From assembly GCF_001194135.2 (NCBI RefSeq), contig NC_068993.1, forward strand, positions 56,275,906-56,339,905: a stretch of 64,000 nt of DNA, written 5' to 3'. The position numbers and the translations under genes were made by a program. The notes under the pieces are model-generated. The model was not told the origin of the DNA and ran no database searches. It worked only from the letters and a program-made list of their open reading frames with translations. Origin of the DNA: Octopus bimaculoides (lineage: Eukaryota). Positions 52,302 to 64,000 of the stretch are shown here, in pieces (the stretch's first letter is position 1; each line of letters begins with the position of its first letter).

Positions 52302-55300
52302 TGAGCCTGTACTGATGGACATTCTCTGAATCAGCTGTCGGACTGTAGAGCGTCAAAATGTCATCACATCCCGATAGCATCGCTAACTTCCAACGATTAA
52401 TATAAAAGAATAAATACATACACAAGGTGTTACCAAAGCTGTCGTCATTAAGGCTCAGTGTACAGATGATGGTGTAGTTGTAAAGAAATAAGGGTTAAAA
52501 TAACCTTAACAAAATACCAGCTCAGTATCCCTACAATTTCCTTATTTGTTGGAGACGGTGATCGATATGCCTCTTAGATAATATTATCGTTAATAGGTAA
52601 AGAAAAATCAGGCTTAACCAACCTAATCAAGTTAATTCTGGAATAAATTGTTTCTTTTTTAATTGATCAAAATTATTTCCCCCTTTCTCTTTGAATATGT
52701 CACAAACAATTCGCGCTCGATTTTTGCTTTTTTCTTCCAATTAAGAAAATGTCATATGAGAAGTTTTTGCATATCATTAAGTAGATCACGTCTTAAATTA
52801 TCTTTATATATATTTTATTATATTTACACACACACACACACATACCCAATATTTGTCTATCTCACGAGGTCTCAACTTCAATTGAAGAAATACCTGTTGG
52901 TGAACTAGGAACAATACGATCCCCCCTCATCTGTAATGTCATAGGTGTTAACAACGATTACGTACATTGGCACCAAAAACATATTGTAATGTATTTTATG
53001 AACCCTCACCTTATAATTAGAAGAATTAAAGACAAAATCGACCTTTGCCAAACTACCTTCTGACAATGTTAATAATAATAATACGGAATAAAAATACGTA
53101 TTGCCACGCACACACGAAACTTTCAATACTTCGAATGCGTAAAATGAGTCGGATCCCTTGTTTAATATCAAACTAACTAGTCGAGTAAACCGAGAGTTAA
53201 ATATGTTCCAAACATGACAATTCCGTCTTCTTTTAAAGACTGAAAAATGTTGTTCTACATCAGATGTAAGACAGTAGGATACGATACAATTGGAGATTTA
53301 GATGCCATTTCCAGCAGGTCAAGCGACCGTAGAATGACCGCTTTTTGTAACCAAAGCTTAAAAGGTCAGCTATTCAGGTTTTCAGTGATCGTTAATTTAC
53401 GAAAAAAACAAACAAAATAAAATAAAACATATTTAGGCACGTACAAACAGTTTCGTAGGTTAAACTTAAGGTCTACCCTATACACGATTACGTAAGTGGG
53501 ACGTTAAGAGACACATTTATTAGTTTCCCAAGCACAGGTTCATTAGTCTCTACCGGATTTCATTAGTGGGTGGTGTACCATAAAACTATGTCCACTATGC
53601 ATCTTCGTGTTTTAATTTCAATTGTTCCCAATGTTTATAGATTTTTAAAAAAATACATTAACATTTGCAACTGCTTAAAGCGAATGTTTCCTTCTTGTTT
53701 CCGTTTCATATTGCCGAGTAAATATTTTTTATTCACCTGGGATTTCACTTCAGAAGTGAACAAAGTTAGATTAATTCTCCATATACTGCCAATTTACCAT
53801 TTTGTATATTTTCAATATATCTGTCGACATGTGAGTATCTCAAGTTTAATATTTTTTTTTTCATCGTCTCTGTATAAATCAGGTTTTTCAGTTTGAATGG
53901 TTTTTAGTTCCCTTTAATACGAATTCAAGTTTCCCCTTAAAGGACGTCCAAACTGCAGTTCTATAATTCACATGGGATCTTACACATTCGTAATTGTATA
54001 TTTTTGTGTTTAATTAAATATTATTATACCCATCGCTATATCTAGTAAAGAGTTTGTGTGGAATGCTGGAAGGATGATGTAATGTTGTGACATTAATGAC
54101 CTTTCCACTGAATGAAGTGACATGAAACGGTTTCACGTAGAACTCGAAGACCAGTTGCGGCGACTCGGGGGGGGGGGGAATGATTAAAAACAGCTAGCTC
54201 AGTCCGTTCACATTATGGTCTACTGTTGCATATTTTTATCGTTCCCAGAAAGGGTTAAAAAAAAAAAAATTTAATCTGACACGGGAACTCAGAAATAAGA
54301 ATACAAATAATTTCTAATAAGGGTAACGAATTTTGTAGAAGAAAGGACATGCTTCCATGACCTCAGTATTCCACTGACCGGTATTTCTTTTATCGACCCT
54401 GGAAAAGTGAAAGACGAGGGTGAGCGACCCACGCAGGATTTGAACATAGCTAGAAACAACAGCCAAACTAATAATGGGTTCTAATATTGGTAGAAAAGAA
54501 AGAGCACATGCAATTAAATCATCCGTACTATATAACTGGTATTATTTTTTGTTACATATGTATATAATTTATACCGGAATGTTCGATAATACACATATAT
54601 AGACGCACTCACCTTGCCGTGACGAGACCTCTGTGTAGAAAGCCACATTTAGCGTAGTGAACCATCGACTTGATGTAAATTGATAGTTAGAAAGACGAGC
54701 AGACGGTAAATGACGGTCGATTACTACTTGACAAAGTTGTTTTAAGGAAATATTATTACTACTACTGTTGTTACAGATATGTCTGAGACACCAACGTCCA
54801 GCTACATGTCTGTAAGAAGCCATCTTTACTACCGCTACTGTTGTTGTTGTTGATGATGGTAATGATGATAGTGGGGGTGGTTGTGGATAACAGAGTGTAA
54901 GAGAGAGGAAGGGAGGTTACGCTCGCCAGGGGAAGTAACTCGTCGGTGTCTATGAGACTCAGTTAACCTCTCGTACATAACATCACATTAGTCTTTTATA
55001 CTCTTCGCATACACAAGCGGGCGGTGATATAGACATACACACACACTTAAACACAATAGATACATACATGCATACACGCAATAAATGCACACACATTTAT
55101 ATTAACTCACACATAACGTACACACAAGCACACGTGCACAATCACATATTCACAACAGACACACACACAGAAGAAACGGATGGGTTGATGCAAAAACAGG
55201 AAAAAGTACAAAAGAAACGAAGAATAATAAAAAATGCTTTCAGAATAGACACAAGGGCAAAAGGAATGACATTTCTGGGGAGGGGTGTAGTGGATTGCAT

Positions 55301-57654
55301 TGACCTCATAACCTGACTGGTTCTTTTTAATCTTTTATTTGTTCCAGTCATTTGACTGCGGCCATGCTGGAGCACCGCCTTTAGTCGAGCAAATCGATCC
55401 CAGGACATATTCTTTGTAAGCCTACTACTTGTTCTATCGGCCTCTTTTGCCGAACCGCTATGTTACGGGGACGTAAACACACCGGCTCGGTTGTCAAGCG
55501 ACGGTGGAGGGGGGGGGGACAAGCACAGACACGCTAATATACGACCTATGTTATAATCTCCACTCTTGTTTATACAACGAATGGGGCAAAACTAGCCGGT
55601 ATACAGCACTTACTCGGTATTACCTGTATCTTTGGGTTTGGTTGAATCCAATACCCTTCTTAACCTTATATATACATANNNNNNNNNNNNNNNNNNNNNN
55701 NNNNNNNNNNNNNNNNNNNNNNNNNNNNNNNNNNNNNNNNNNNNNNNNNNNNNNNNNNNNNNNNNNNNNNNNNNNNNNNNNNNNNNNNNNNNNNNNNNNN
55801 NNNNNNNNNNNNNNNNNNNNNNNNNNNNNNNNNNNNNNNNNNNNNNNNNNNNNNNNNNNNNNNNNNNNNNNNNNNNNNNNNNNNNNNNNNNNNNNNNNNN
55901 NNNNNNNNNNNNNNNNNNNNNNNNNNNNNNNNNNNNNNNNNNNNNNNNNNNNNNNNNNNNNNNNNNNNNNNNNNNNNNNNNNNNNNNNNNNNNNNNNNNN
56001 NNNNNNNNNNNNNNNNNNNNNNNNNNNNNNNNNNNNNNNNNNNNNNNNNNNNNNNNNNNNNNNNNNNNNNNNNNNNNNNNNNNNNNNNNNNNNNNNNNNN
56101 NNNNNNNNNNNNNNNNNNNNNNNNNNNNNNNNNNNNNNNNNNNNNNNNNNNNNNNNNNNNNNNNNNNNNNNNNNNNNNNNNNNNNNNNNNNNNNNNNNNN
56201 NNNNNNNNNNNNNNNNNNNNNNNNNNNNNNNNNNNNNNNNNNNNNNNNNNNNNNNNNNNNNNNNNNNNNNNNNNNNNNNNNNNNNNNNNNNNNNNNNNNN
56301 NNNNNNNNNNNNNNNNNNNNNNNNNNNNNNNNNNNNNNNNNNNNNNNNNNNNNNNNNNNNNNNNNNNNNNNNNNNNNNNNNNNNNCGGCAGACGAAGTAC
56401 CGCTAAGCATTTTGCCCGGTGTGGTAACGTTTCTTATTTCTTTATTGCCCACAAGGGGCCAAACATAGAGGGGACAAACAAGGACAGACAAAGGGATTAA
56501 GTCGATTACATCGATCCCAGTGCGTAACTGGTACTTAATTCATCGACCCCGAAAGGATAAAAGGCAAAGTCGACCTCGGCGGAATTTGAACTTAAAACGT
56601 AGCGGCAGACGAAATACTGCTAAGCACTTCGCCCGGCGTGCTAACGTTTCTGCCAGCTCGCTGCCATTCTATATTATGTCGACCTTGACGGAATGAAAGA
56701 TAAAGTCGATCTTGGCGTGATTAGAACTCGGAGCATAAGAGCCAGATTCCACCTAATAACGGCTTAGGATTTAGACAAAAAGCCCAACAGTTTCAAACCC
56801 TCAACTTGACTGTTACTTCATTTTATTGAACCCGGCAGCGCGAAATTTTTTTCTCATGGGAGTTCCGGACCTCAGAAAATGAATTCATTTGGATACAGCC
56901 AATCAGAGCTCACCTCGACTCTGTTGTCAAGTTAACAACCACACTCTACCAAGTAAACTCAAGACGAAGAACGGTGTTATAAGTTGACCAATCGCCAAGT
57001 TATGCCTGATATTAGAAGTCAAGTTATTAGATCGATTTGTATCTATACCTATTATTGGATTTTGTTAGGGCCCCATATGGTAAAGATGTGGATGAGAAAA
57101 ATATGGGTACAGGATGATGTGCTAGCAACCCTCTCCCCTTACTGCTTTACAAAGTAAACAACAACACAAATAACTACGCAGAGGCAGCCATGGTTGAAAC
57201 AAGAACAAGANNNNNNNNNNAACAACACAAATAACTACGCAGAGGCAGCCATGGTTGAAACAAGAACAAGAACAACAAGCATTCTTAAAAGAGAAAAGAA
57301 GCATGGTCATTCCTTAGCCAAGTGACCTTATCTTATCTCCCATCACTTGTTATGAGCTCCCAAATTAGTTTGATAGTTGAGCTCTGATTGACTGTATGCA
57401 AATGAGTTCATAGCTGGAGTCCAGAACTCTAGTGGGAAAAACAATTTCGGAACCCGGCAGCATGAAAGGCAAAGTTGACCTTAACGACATTTGAACTCAG
57501 GGCGTAAAAGTGCCGGAACAAATGCCGCATGATAGTTTCCGATGCTCAAATGGTTTCTGGTTTAGGCACAAGGCCAGCAATTTTGAGGGAAAGGAGTGTA
57601 GTCAATGTCATCGATCCCAGTAATTGATTACTTTATTTTATTGACCATCGAAAG

Positions 57655-59067
57655 GAAAGATCGCTCTCATGTTCAAGCGTGTCAACTGGTATCAGATAAG
57701 AAAAAATATCAAGACCAAATCCATGTCATGGGTGCGGTGGTCTACATTTTAAAAATAACCGTCCGTTTAGGTCGTAAAAAGTCGCACTGTAGGACAGAAC
57801 CTGAAAAAGGGCTCAACAGAAAAAATCACGTGATCAGGTTATCGGTGACAAAAAAATATGAACGAGCCTCAAAGGAAATTTGTGTATGTAAAAATTAATA
57901 ACACAAACGTAAAGTTACAATTGGATACGGGTAACGATATCTCGAAAATTAACACAGATACATGGGGAAAAATCGTGAGACCTAGATCAAATGAAACTTT
58001 GAAAATTGCCCGTGGTGTTTCAGGAAAAAAATTATATTTTAAGGGCGAATTGAGAAGTGATATTACTTTTCGTGAAAAAACCTTAAAAGCCAATATTTTT
58101 GTATTAAATGATACACTAAATTTATTCGGAACTGACTGGATGGAATTATTTAACTTATGGGACCTCCCCATAATCTTTTCTGAAAGAATGTGAATGGTTT
58201 TCCCTCCGCCCTATCATCCTGGTCAAATAGACAAGCAGAGCGTTTTGTTGACATCTTCAAGAGGGCGTTGAAAAAGGCGAACAATGAAGTAATGGACGAC
58301 CTTGTACTTCAGCAATTTCTAAGAGCGTACCGAGTAACACCTGATCCGAATACGCTGTCGGGAATATCATCCGCAGAATTGATGTTTGCTAGAGAGGTCA
58401 GATCCGTCTTTGATGAACTGATGCCGAGTAAAGATAAAAAATTAAAAAAAGCAAACAACAAAAATATTTCAAAATTCTTCAAGTTAGGCGACTAAGTTTT
58501 TTTATAAAAACCTATAGATATGGTAAAGAAAGCTGGCAGGACGGTGTAATTATTAAACAAATTGGAAGTATGTTATTCCTGATAAAAGGGAAAAAATGTC
58601 GAACATAAAAGACATATTAATCAACTTAAAAAAGAGATACACGGAAAAGATAGTCACGAGAAATGAAGTATTGTACGGTACGTTTGAGGTATCAACACCC
58701 AAGAAATTTGAAACGACACATTTTAGCACCAGAAGACGGAAAAGAACGGAAACACTGGAACTGAACCCTAAGTGTAAGATATATTAAAACTCTGAGTGGA
58801 GTTCAATTTTCAAAAGGGGAGAGTGAGGCGAGACTAATTCTATAAAGGGGAGATGTTGTGGAAGGATTCCGACCATCCAGTAAGTGATTACAAGTGGAAT
58901 GATTCATTGTTATAAAATAAAGAACTGTAAGCGATTGGCAGTTCGGGTTGGTAAGCAGTTCATTGTGAGCCGTGACTGAGAGCGGTGAGTCTTGTGTGAT
59001 AGTATTCGTATTGCGTCTTGTAAATACTTTCTTTCCTTCCTGCTTCGTTAAAATTATATATCCAACA
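57655..59067 (+). mobile_element. Internally deleted, decayed Ty3/Gypsy LTR retrotransposon (gag knuckle, protease, integrase C-half, PPT, 3' LTR)
   Basis: PCHGCGGLHF knuckle; protease VKLQLDTGNDIS...LFGTDWM; integrase PPYHP/SNRQAERFV...FLRAYRVTP...SAELMFAR; stops and frameshifts. Confidence 0.85.
58854..59067 (+). repeat. 3' LTR (~214 bp) of the Gypsy element
   Basis: Starts TGTTG directly after the purine tract aaaggggaga and ends CAACA (TG...CA, 5-bp terminal inverted repeat). Confidence 0.75.
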
Positions 59068-59080
59068 CTAGGATATAAAT

Positions 59081-59338
59081 GGGAGGCGCAATGGCCCAGT
59101 GGTTAGGGTAGCGGACTCGTGGTCGGTGGATCACGGTTTCGATTCCCAGACCGGGCGTTGTGAGTGTTTATTGAGCGAAAACACCTAAAGCTCCACGAGG
59201 CTCCGGCAGGGGGTGGTGGCGAACGCTGCTGTACTCTTTCGCCCCAACTTTCTTTCACTCTTCTTGTTTATGTTGTGCCTGTAATTCAAAGGGTCAGCCT
59301 TGTCACACTGTGTCACGCTGAATATCCCCGAGAACTAT
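59081..59338 (+). mobile_element. tRNA-derived SINE family D (related copy at 21647..21850)
   Basis: Head ggaggcgcaatggcccagtggttaggg...ttcgattccc followed by a body shared with the 21647 copy. Confidence 0.75.
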
Positions 59339-59449
59339 TGGAAATCAGATAATGGATAGAAATATATTCCATTTGAAGCTATTATTCATCAGAGATTTCT
59401 TGAATAAAAAATATTGATCGTGGTTCTAATTTCACACGGATTGTAGTTA

Positions 59450-59812
59450 AGTCACCTGTTCTGGGTGTTGTGCAACTGGTTCAGACAAAAGTTCTTGTCA
59501 TCGGAGAAGAACCAGATCATCCTCAGCTCAACAAGATGCTTCAGCTTGTTCAAGAACTTCTTTGCTTTCGTCAAGCGATTCTCTTCGGCCTTGGCTGTCA
59601 GAACTTGTCCCTAGCGCCTCTTATACGAGCGGTAGTGAAGGTCCTGTTGCAGAGCCAAGTTCATGGTGACGATTCCAACAATCATCTCTCGCCAAAACCG
59701 AGCACGGTTCTTTCATCACCTTGTCTTGCCGTTGTTGCATAGATTCCGGCGGGCAGCTAAACTTTTCTCAATTACAGCTTCAATCTTAATGCTCTCCAAC
59801 ACGTTAAACTGT
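59450..59812 (-). mobile_element. Decayed Tc1/mariner transposase remnant (maT/DD37D-like)
   Basis: Minus frame DLHYRSYKRR*GQVLTAKAEENRLTKAKKFLNKLKH...IWFFSDDKNFCLNQLHNTQN, with internal stops. Confidence 0.7.
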
Positions 59813-60982
59813 CCCTGAAAAAGGAGACATAAAGAAAAAAAAAATCGCTAAATTTAGCCCGAATTCTCTGTATACAGAGAATTTAGCTTTTAAGTTTTAT
59901 TTTCCTGTTCATCTCATCAAACTTGTTTCTTCGTAATGTTCACTTCTTTTATCTTTCATCTGTTTTAATCATTAGACTGCGGTCATGCTGGAGTGCCACA
60001 TTGAAGAATTTTTAGTCGAATGAAACGATGCTAGTACTTACTTTTTAAAGACTGGTACTTATTCTATCGGTCTCTTTTGTCGAACTGCCAGGTTACGGGG
60101 ACGTAAATACACCAATACTAGTTGTCATGCGGTGTTGGGGAACAAACACGAAACACACATACGTACATGCGTACATACTTTCGTAAATACATACATACAT
60201 ACGTACATATACATATGACAGGCTTCTTTCAGTTTCCGCATACCAAATCCACTGACAAGCCTTTGGTTGGTCCGAGGCTATAGTAGAAGACACTCACCGA
60301 GGGTGTCGCGCAGTGGGACTGAACCCAGAACCATGTAGTTGGGAAGCAAGCTTCTTACGATATAGTAACGCCTGAGATAGCAAAATAAATCTTAGACTTT
60401 TGAGACAATATTGATAGTCCGGAGTTGACAAACTTCCATNNNNNNNNNNNNNNNNNNNNNNNNNNNNNNNNNNNNNNNNNNNNNNNNNNNNNNNNNNNNN
60501 NNNNNNNNNNNNNNNNNNNNNNNNNNNNNNNNNNNNNNNNNNNNNNNNNNNNNNNNNNNNNNNNNNNNNNNNNNNNNNNNNNNNNNNNNNNNNNNNNNNN
60601 NNNNNNNNNNNNNNNNNNNNNNNNNNNNNNNNNNNNNNNNNNNNNNNNNNNNNNNNNNNNNNNNNNNNNNNNNNNNNNNNNNNNNNNNNNNNNNNNNNNN
60701 NNNNNNNNNNNNNNNNNNNNNNNNNNNNNNNNNNNNNNNNNNNNNNNNNNNNNNNNNNNNNNNNNNNNNNNNNNNNNNNNNNNNNNNNNNNNNNNNNNNN
60801 NNNNNNNNNNNNNNNNNNNNNNNNNNNNNNNNNNNNNNNNNNNNNNNNNNNNNNNNNNNNNNNNNNNNNNNNNNNNNNNNNNNNNNNNNNNNNNNNNNNN
60901 NNNNNNNNNNNNNNNNNNNNNNNNNNNNNNNNNNNNNNNNNNNNNNNNNNNNNNNNNNNNNNNNNNNNNNNNNNNNNNNNNN

Positions 60983-61345
60983 TTCAAAGCATTGTTCTTT
61001 CTGTTCTGCCTGCGCTTCTCTGCACCAGCTTTCCTGTCACTTTCATATTGTCGGGAACCGCTGTGAACAGCGACCCGCCACTTCGCCACTTGGTCCTATC
61101 TAAAGCTGTCTGCTCCCATGATGACGGGTCAATGTTGAAGGCCTTCAGTGATACCTTTAGGCTGTCTTTAAACCGTTTCCTCTGGCCACCATGGGAGCGC
61201 TTGCCGTGCTGGAGCTCACCAAACAAAAGCTTCTTGGGTATTCTGTAGTCTGGCATGTGGGCTACATGACCAGCCCAGCGAAGCTGAGTTCTCATCAGGA
61301 TGGTAGGGATGCTTGGGAGCCCGGCACGAGTGAGGATTTCCTTCA
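60983..61345 (-). mobile_element. RTE (BovB-like) LINE ORF2 C-terminal fragment
   Basis: EILTRAGLPSI...QLRWAGHVAHMPDYRIPKKLLFGELQHGKRSHGGQRKRFKDSLK...WEQTALDRTKWR. Confidence 0.85.
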
Positions 61346-61840
61346 AAATTACAAGTTTTATGAACGACCAAAATACAGAATTACTTCCCTTACTATTGTT
61401 GTAGTAGAGAGTTATTTCCCTTAGCAGACGCTCTAATCTTTGACGTTTCACTAAATATTATAGAGCTTATTTCACTAAAATTTCGTTTCATAGAATTTCT
61501 TGACCCTTAACAAGGCGTATTAATTTCTCTATATTCGTAGTTAATACATAAAATACACAAAGTAAAAAAAGTAAAATATACACTAATGGTATAACTTTAT
61601 TTGCGAAATTACTTTTTTTTTTTTTTTGGCAAGCGAATTGCAGAGTCGATAGAGCGTTGGATAAAATGCATCGCGATATTCGTTCCGACTCTCTGTGCTC
61701 TGTGTTCAAATCCCGCTGAAGGCAAGAGTTCCTGTTATCCTTTCGTTGTCTGTAAAAAGAAGAGTAACAGTCGTTGGAGCAGAAAAAAAAAAAAAAATTA
61801 AATGGACATAACTAAATACACCAAAATATGGGCAGAAAAA

Positions 61841-62150
61841 ATGTTTCCTAGTTGAAGTTCCCGATTGTACTGAGCAGACTTTGACAGCATTGAGTGAACG
61901 ATAGATTCTACCTGAGAGTCTCATAGTAAATGGTGTCTAGCGATCTTACAATAACATTGGAATTCTAAATGGTGGTGTATACACTCACGAGGTGATTGTA
62001 AATGAAGATTTCATTCACCTTGCCAATGAAGACGTCCACACGCAAAATATAGAAAATATGTGGATGCGTGTTACACACAAATTACGCCGTTAACTTGGAA
62101 TTTCAGAGGCTTTGTTTGTTTCCTATTTGCACGAGTTCATACGATGCAAT
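61841..62150 (+). mobile_element. Decayed Merlin (IS1016/IS1595-like) DDE transposase remnant
   Basis: CFLVEVPDCTEQTL...ILPESLIV...YTHEVIV...VHTQNIENMWMRV...SYLHEF with three stops. Matches the VPDR..TL/TQxIExxW/YLxEF pattern. Confidence 0.7.
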
Positions 62151-62469
62151 TCAGTAGACAAGAATAAGTCCCTTTACTTCGTTTTACGCAGGTAAACTGA
62201 ATAATTACCCAAAATACTATTGGTGTTGCTTAGTGATATAAATGTTTCAGACGGTCTTCTTAAGAATGTGACAGAAAAATTTCAAAAAATAAACAGCGAA
62301 AAATGCCAGGAATTAAAATGTACAAGGGAACTAACTCTTTACAAATCTCATACAAATTGTAACCGTATGAATTATTTCCCTTGCTCATCGTATCGCAGTC
62401 GGAGGTTTCGTTGTATCAATATCTGTTCAAAGGTAGTGAGATCCTTTTCTCTCTGTCTCTCTCTCTGTC

Positions 62470-62520
<51 letters not shown>

Positions 62521-62782
62521 CCCCCTCTCTCTCTCTTTGTTTTTTGTACTAAGACAAAAGTATAGCTGATTTCGTTTTCCCAACTATTGTTAATGATATG
62601 CCTAAGGTGTCTCATCACAAATCCATGCTACTGTTTTTACTTGTTAACGGCCTTGTCGTATGCCTCTAACTCCTCTGTGGAGTCGTAAAAGGTGTCATTA
62701 TGACACGTAGTGGGTCGTTTCAGACATTTTTAGACCTGTGGTATCCATACCTCTTTGTATTTGATTAGTGCCGATTTCTTCC

Positions 62783-62817
<35 letters not shown>

Positions 62818-63759
62818 TGACGGACAGACATACAGATATACAGACAATTAGAATGAAAGAAAGCAGGAAAGAGAAAAACAGCGCTGAATTAACCATCAAG
62901 TACGTCGTTAAGGCAGCAAAGGAAGGTGGTGGTGGTGGGGGCATCATAGAAACGGTAAATGGTTTACGGCACAAAAGAAATCGCTTGAAACTTGCTCAAA
63001 TAATATTCGAGATGCTTTACCTCTACTAAGTATAGAAACAGATGTGTTACGTAAGGTTAATTTTGAGGATCTGATCAAAAACTTTAGAATTATAAAAACT
63101 TTTCAAATATAAATAAAGTGGAAGTATATAAAAATAAACATTATTGTCTATCTTTTTGTTAGTTTTGTTTCATTTTGAAAAATGAAAATTTATTTTATGG
63201 CTTATAATTGTTTATATTTTGAATGAGCACCAAAATCCTTTATAGACCTTAATCCGGCCCGAGAGGGATGAATCGACCCTCGTACAAAATTGTTAATTCA
63301 TTTATAGGCCCTGAAAGGATGGTAAGGAAAGTTGAACTGAGCGGTATTTGATCTCAGAGTGCAGAAAGTCAGAACGATTGTCACAATGCAGTCTATAAGA
63401 TTGCTTTAACGAGTCTGTCGATCGGTCACCTACATAATCACTGGACCGAAAAAAAAAAAAAATTTAATTAATATTTTTTTTTACTATTTCATTGACTATA
63501 TCTAGTCTGCAAGGTGGTTTTGTATTATATATGCACCATGTACGTTTTATTCTTATATATATGTGTGTGTATATAATTAGATTATATATATTATTAATTT
63601 TATTGTGTTTTGTTATGTGCATGAACTCCCGGTCCATAGAAAAATTGTCTTGCATGAAACTGATCTGTGGTGCAAAAACGTTTGGGAGCCGCAGCCTTCG
63701 AGCTGTAAATAAGGGGTGGGATCGGTGGGTAATACTATTTTTTTTTTTTTTGCACTGTA

Positions 63760-63900
63760 ATTTGTCCTTCACCTGATTGTCGGTCCACGGCCATTGCCTC
63801 ATCCTTCCGAATACCGGGCTGGTCTTGATCATCTTGCGATTTAGTTTGTCACTGAGATTACCATAACAATGGATTGCACGTCGAAGACAGGTAAAAGTGA
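63760..63900 (-). mobile_element. Highly decayed RTE-type LINE remnant
   Basis: FTCLRRAIHCYGNLSDKLNRKMIKTSPVFGRMRQWPW resembles FxYLGSxI...GxLDxEI..RIxKASxAFGRL...W. Confidence 0.5.
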
Positions 63901-64000
63901 GTTGCCTCCATGCAGCTCCCACACCTCGAATTATGACGTCAAGCCGCATACAATCAAGTGGAAAATAATTTTGAAAATTAATGCCATATGTTAATGGATA

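Noticed and set aside
57160-57270. Exact ~50-bp duplication flanking a 10-N gap
   Set aside because: Typical unmerged contig overlap, i.e. an assembly artefact.
59081-59160. tRNA genes here and at 7010-7070, 21647, 31880, 37590
   Set aside because: A/B boxes are present but the cloverleaf is imperfect and each continues into a shared repeat body, so they are SINE heads.

Overview
AT-rich eukaryotic genomic DNA with nine N-gaps, dense in microsatellites and tRNA-derived SINEs. The repeat families suggest an Octopus (cephalopod) genome; this is an inference. Five intron-containing genes were reconstructed by hand from GT/AG sites and reading-frame phase: nocturnin (+); a divergent 5-hydroxyisourate-hydrolase/transthyretin-like (TTR-like) gene (-); a gene carrying only the FAR1/ZSWIM3-type N-terminal domain of a MULE transposase (-); a 186-aa single-RRM protein (+); and mitochondrial DnaJ Tid1/DNAJA3 (-, first exon unresolved). 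The rest is mainly SINEs, LINE remnants (RTEX-like, RTE), an internally deleted Gypsy element with its 3' LTR, mariner/hAT MITEs, maT, Merlin and Helitron remnants, and a 30-bp minisatellite. The strongest lead is that the MULE-derived gene and the TTR-like gene may be one spliced gene: the splice sites are phase-compatible, no canonical polyA hexamer lies between them, and the HIUase catalytic signature is altered. That would give a ~480-aa DNA-binding-domain/TTR-fold fusion. Other leads are a tRNA-headed SINE with a Penelope-type hammerhead-ribozyme tail in a large intronic palindrome, and a ~90-bp hairpin repeat array in the TTR-like 3' UTR. All family assignments come from motif recognition; no database searches were run.
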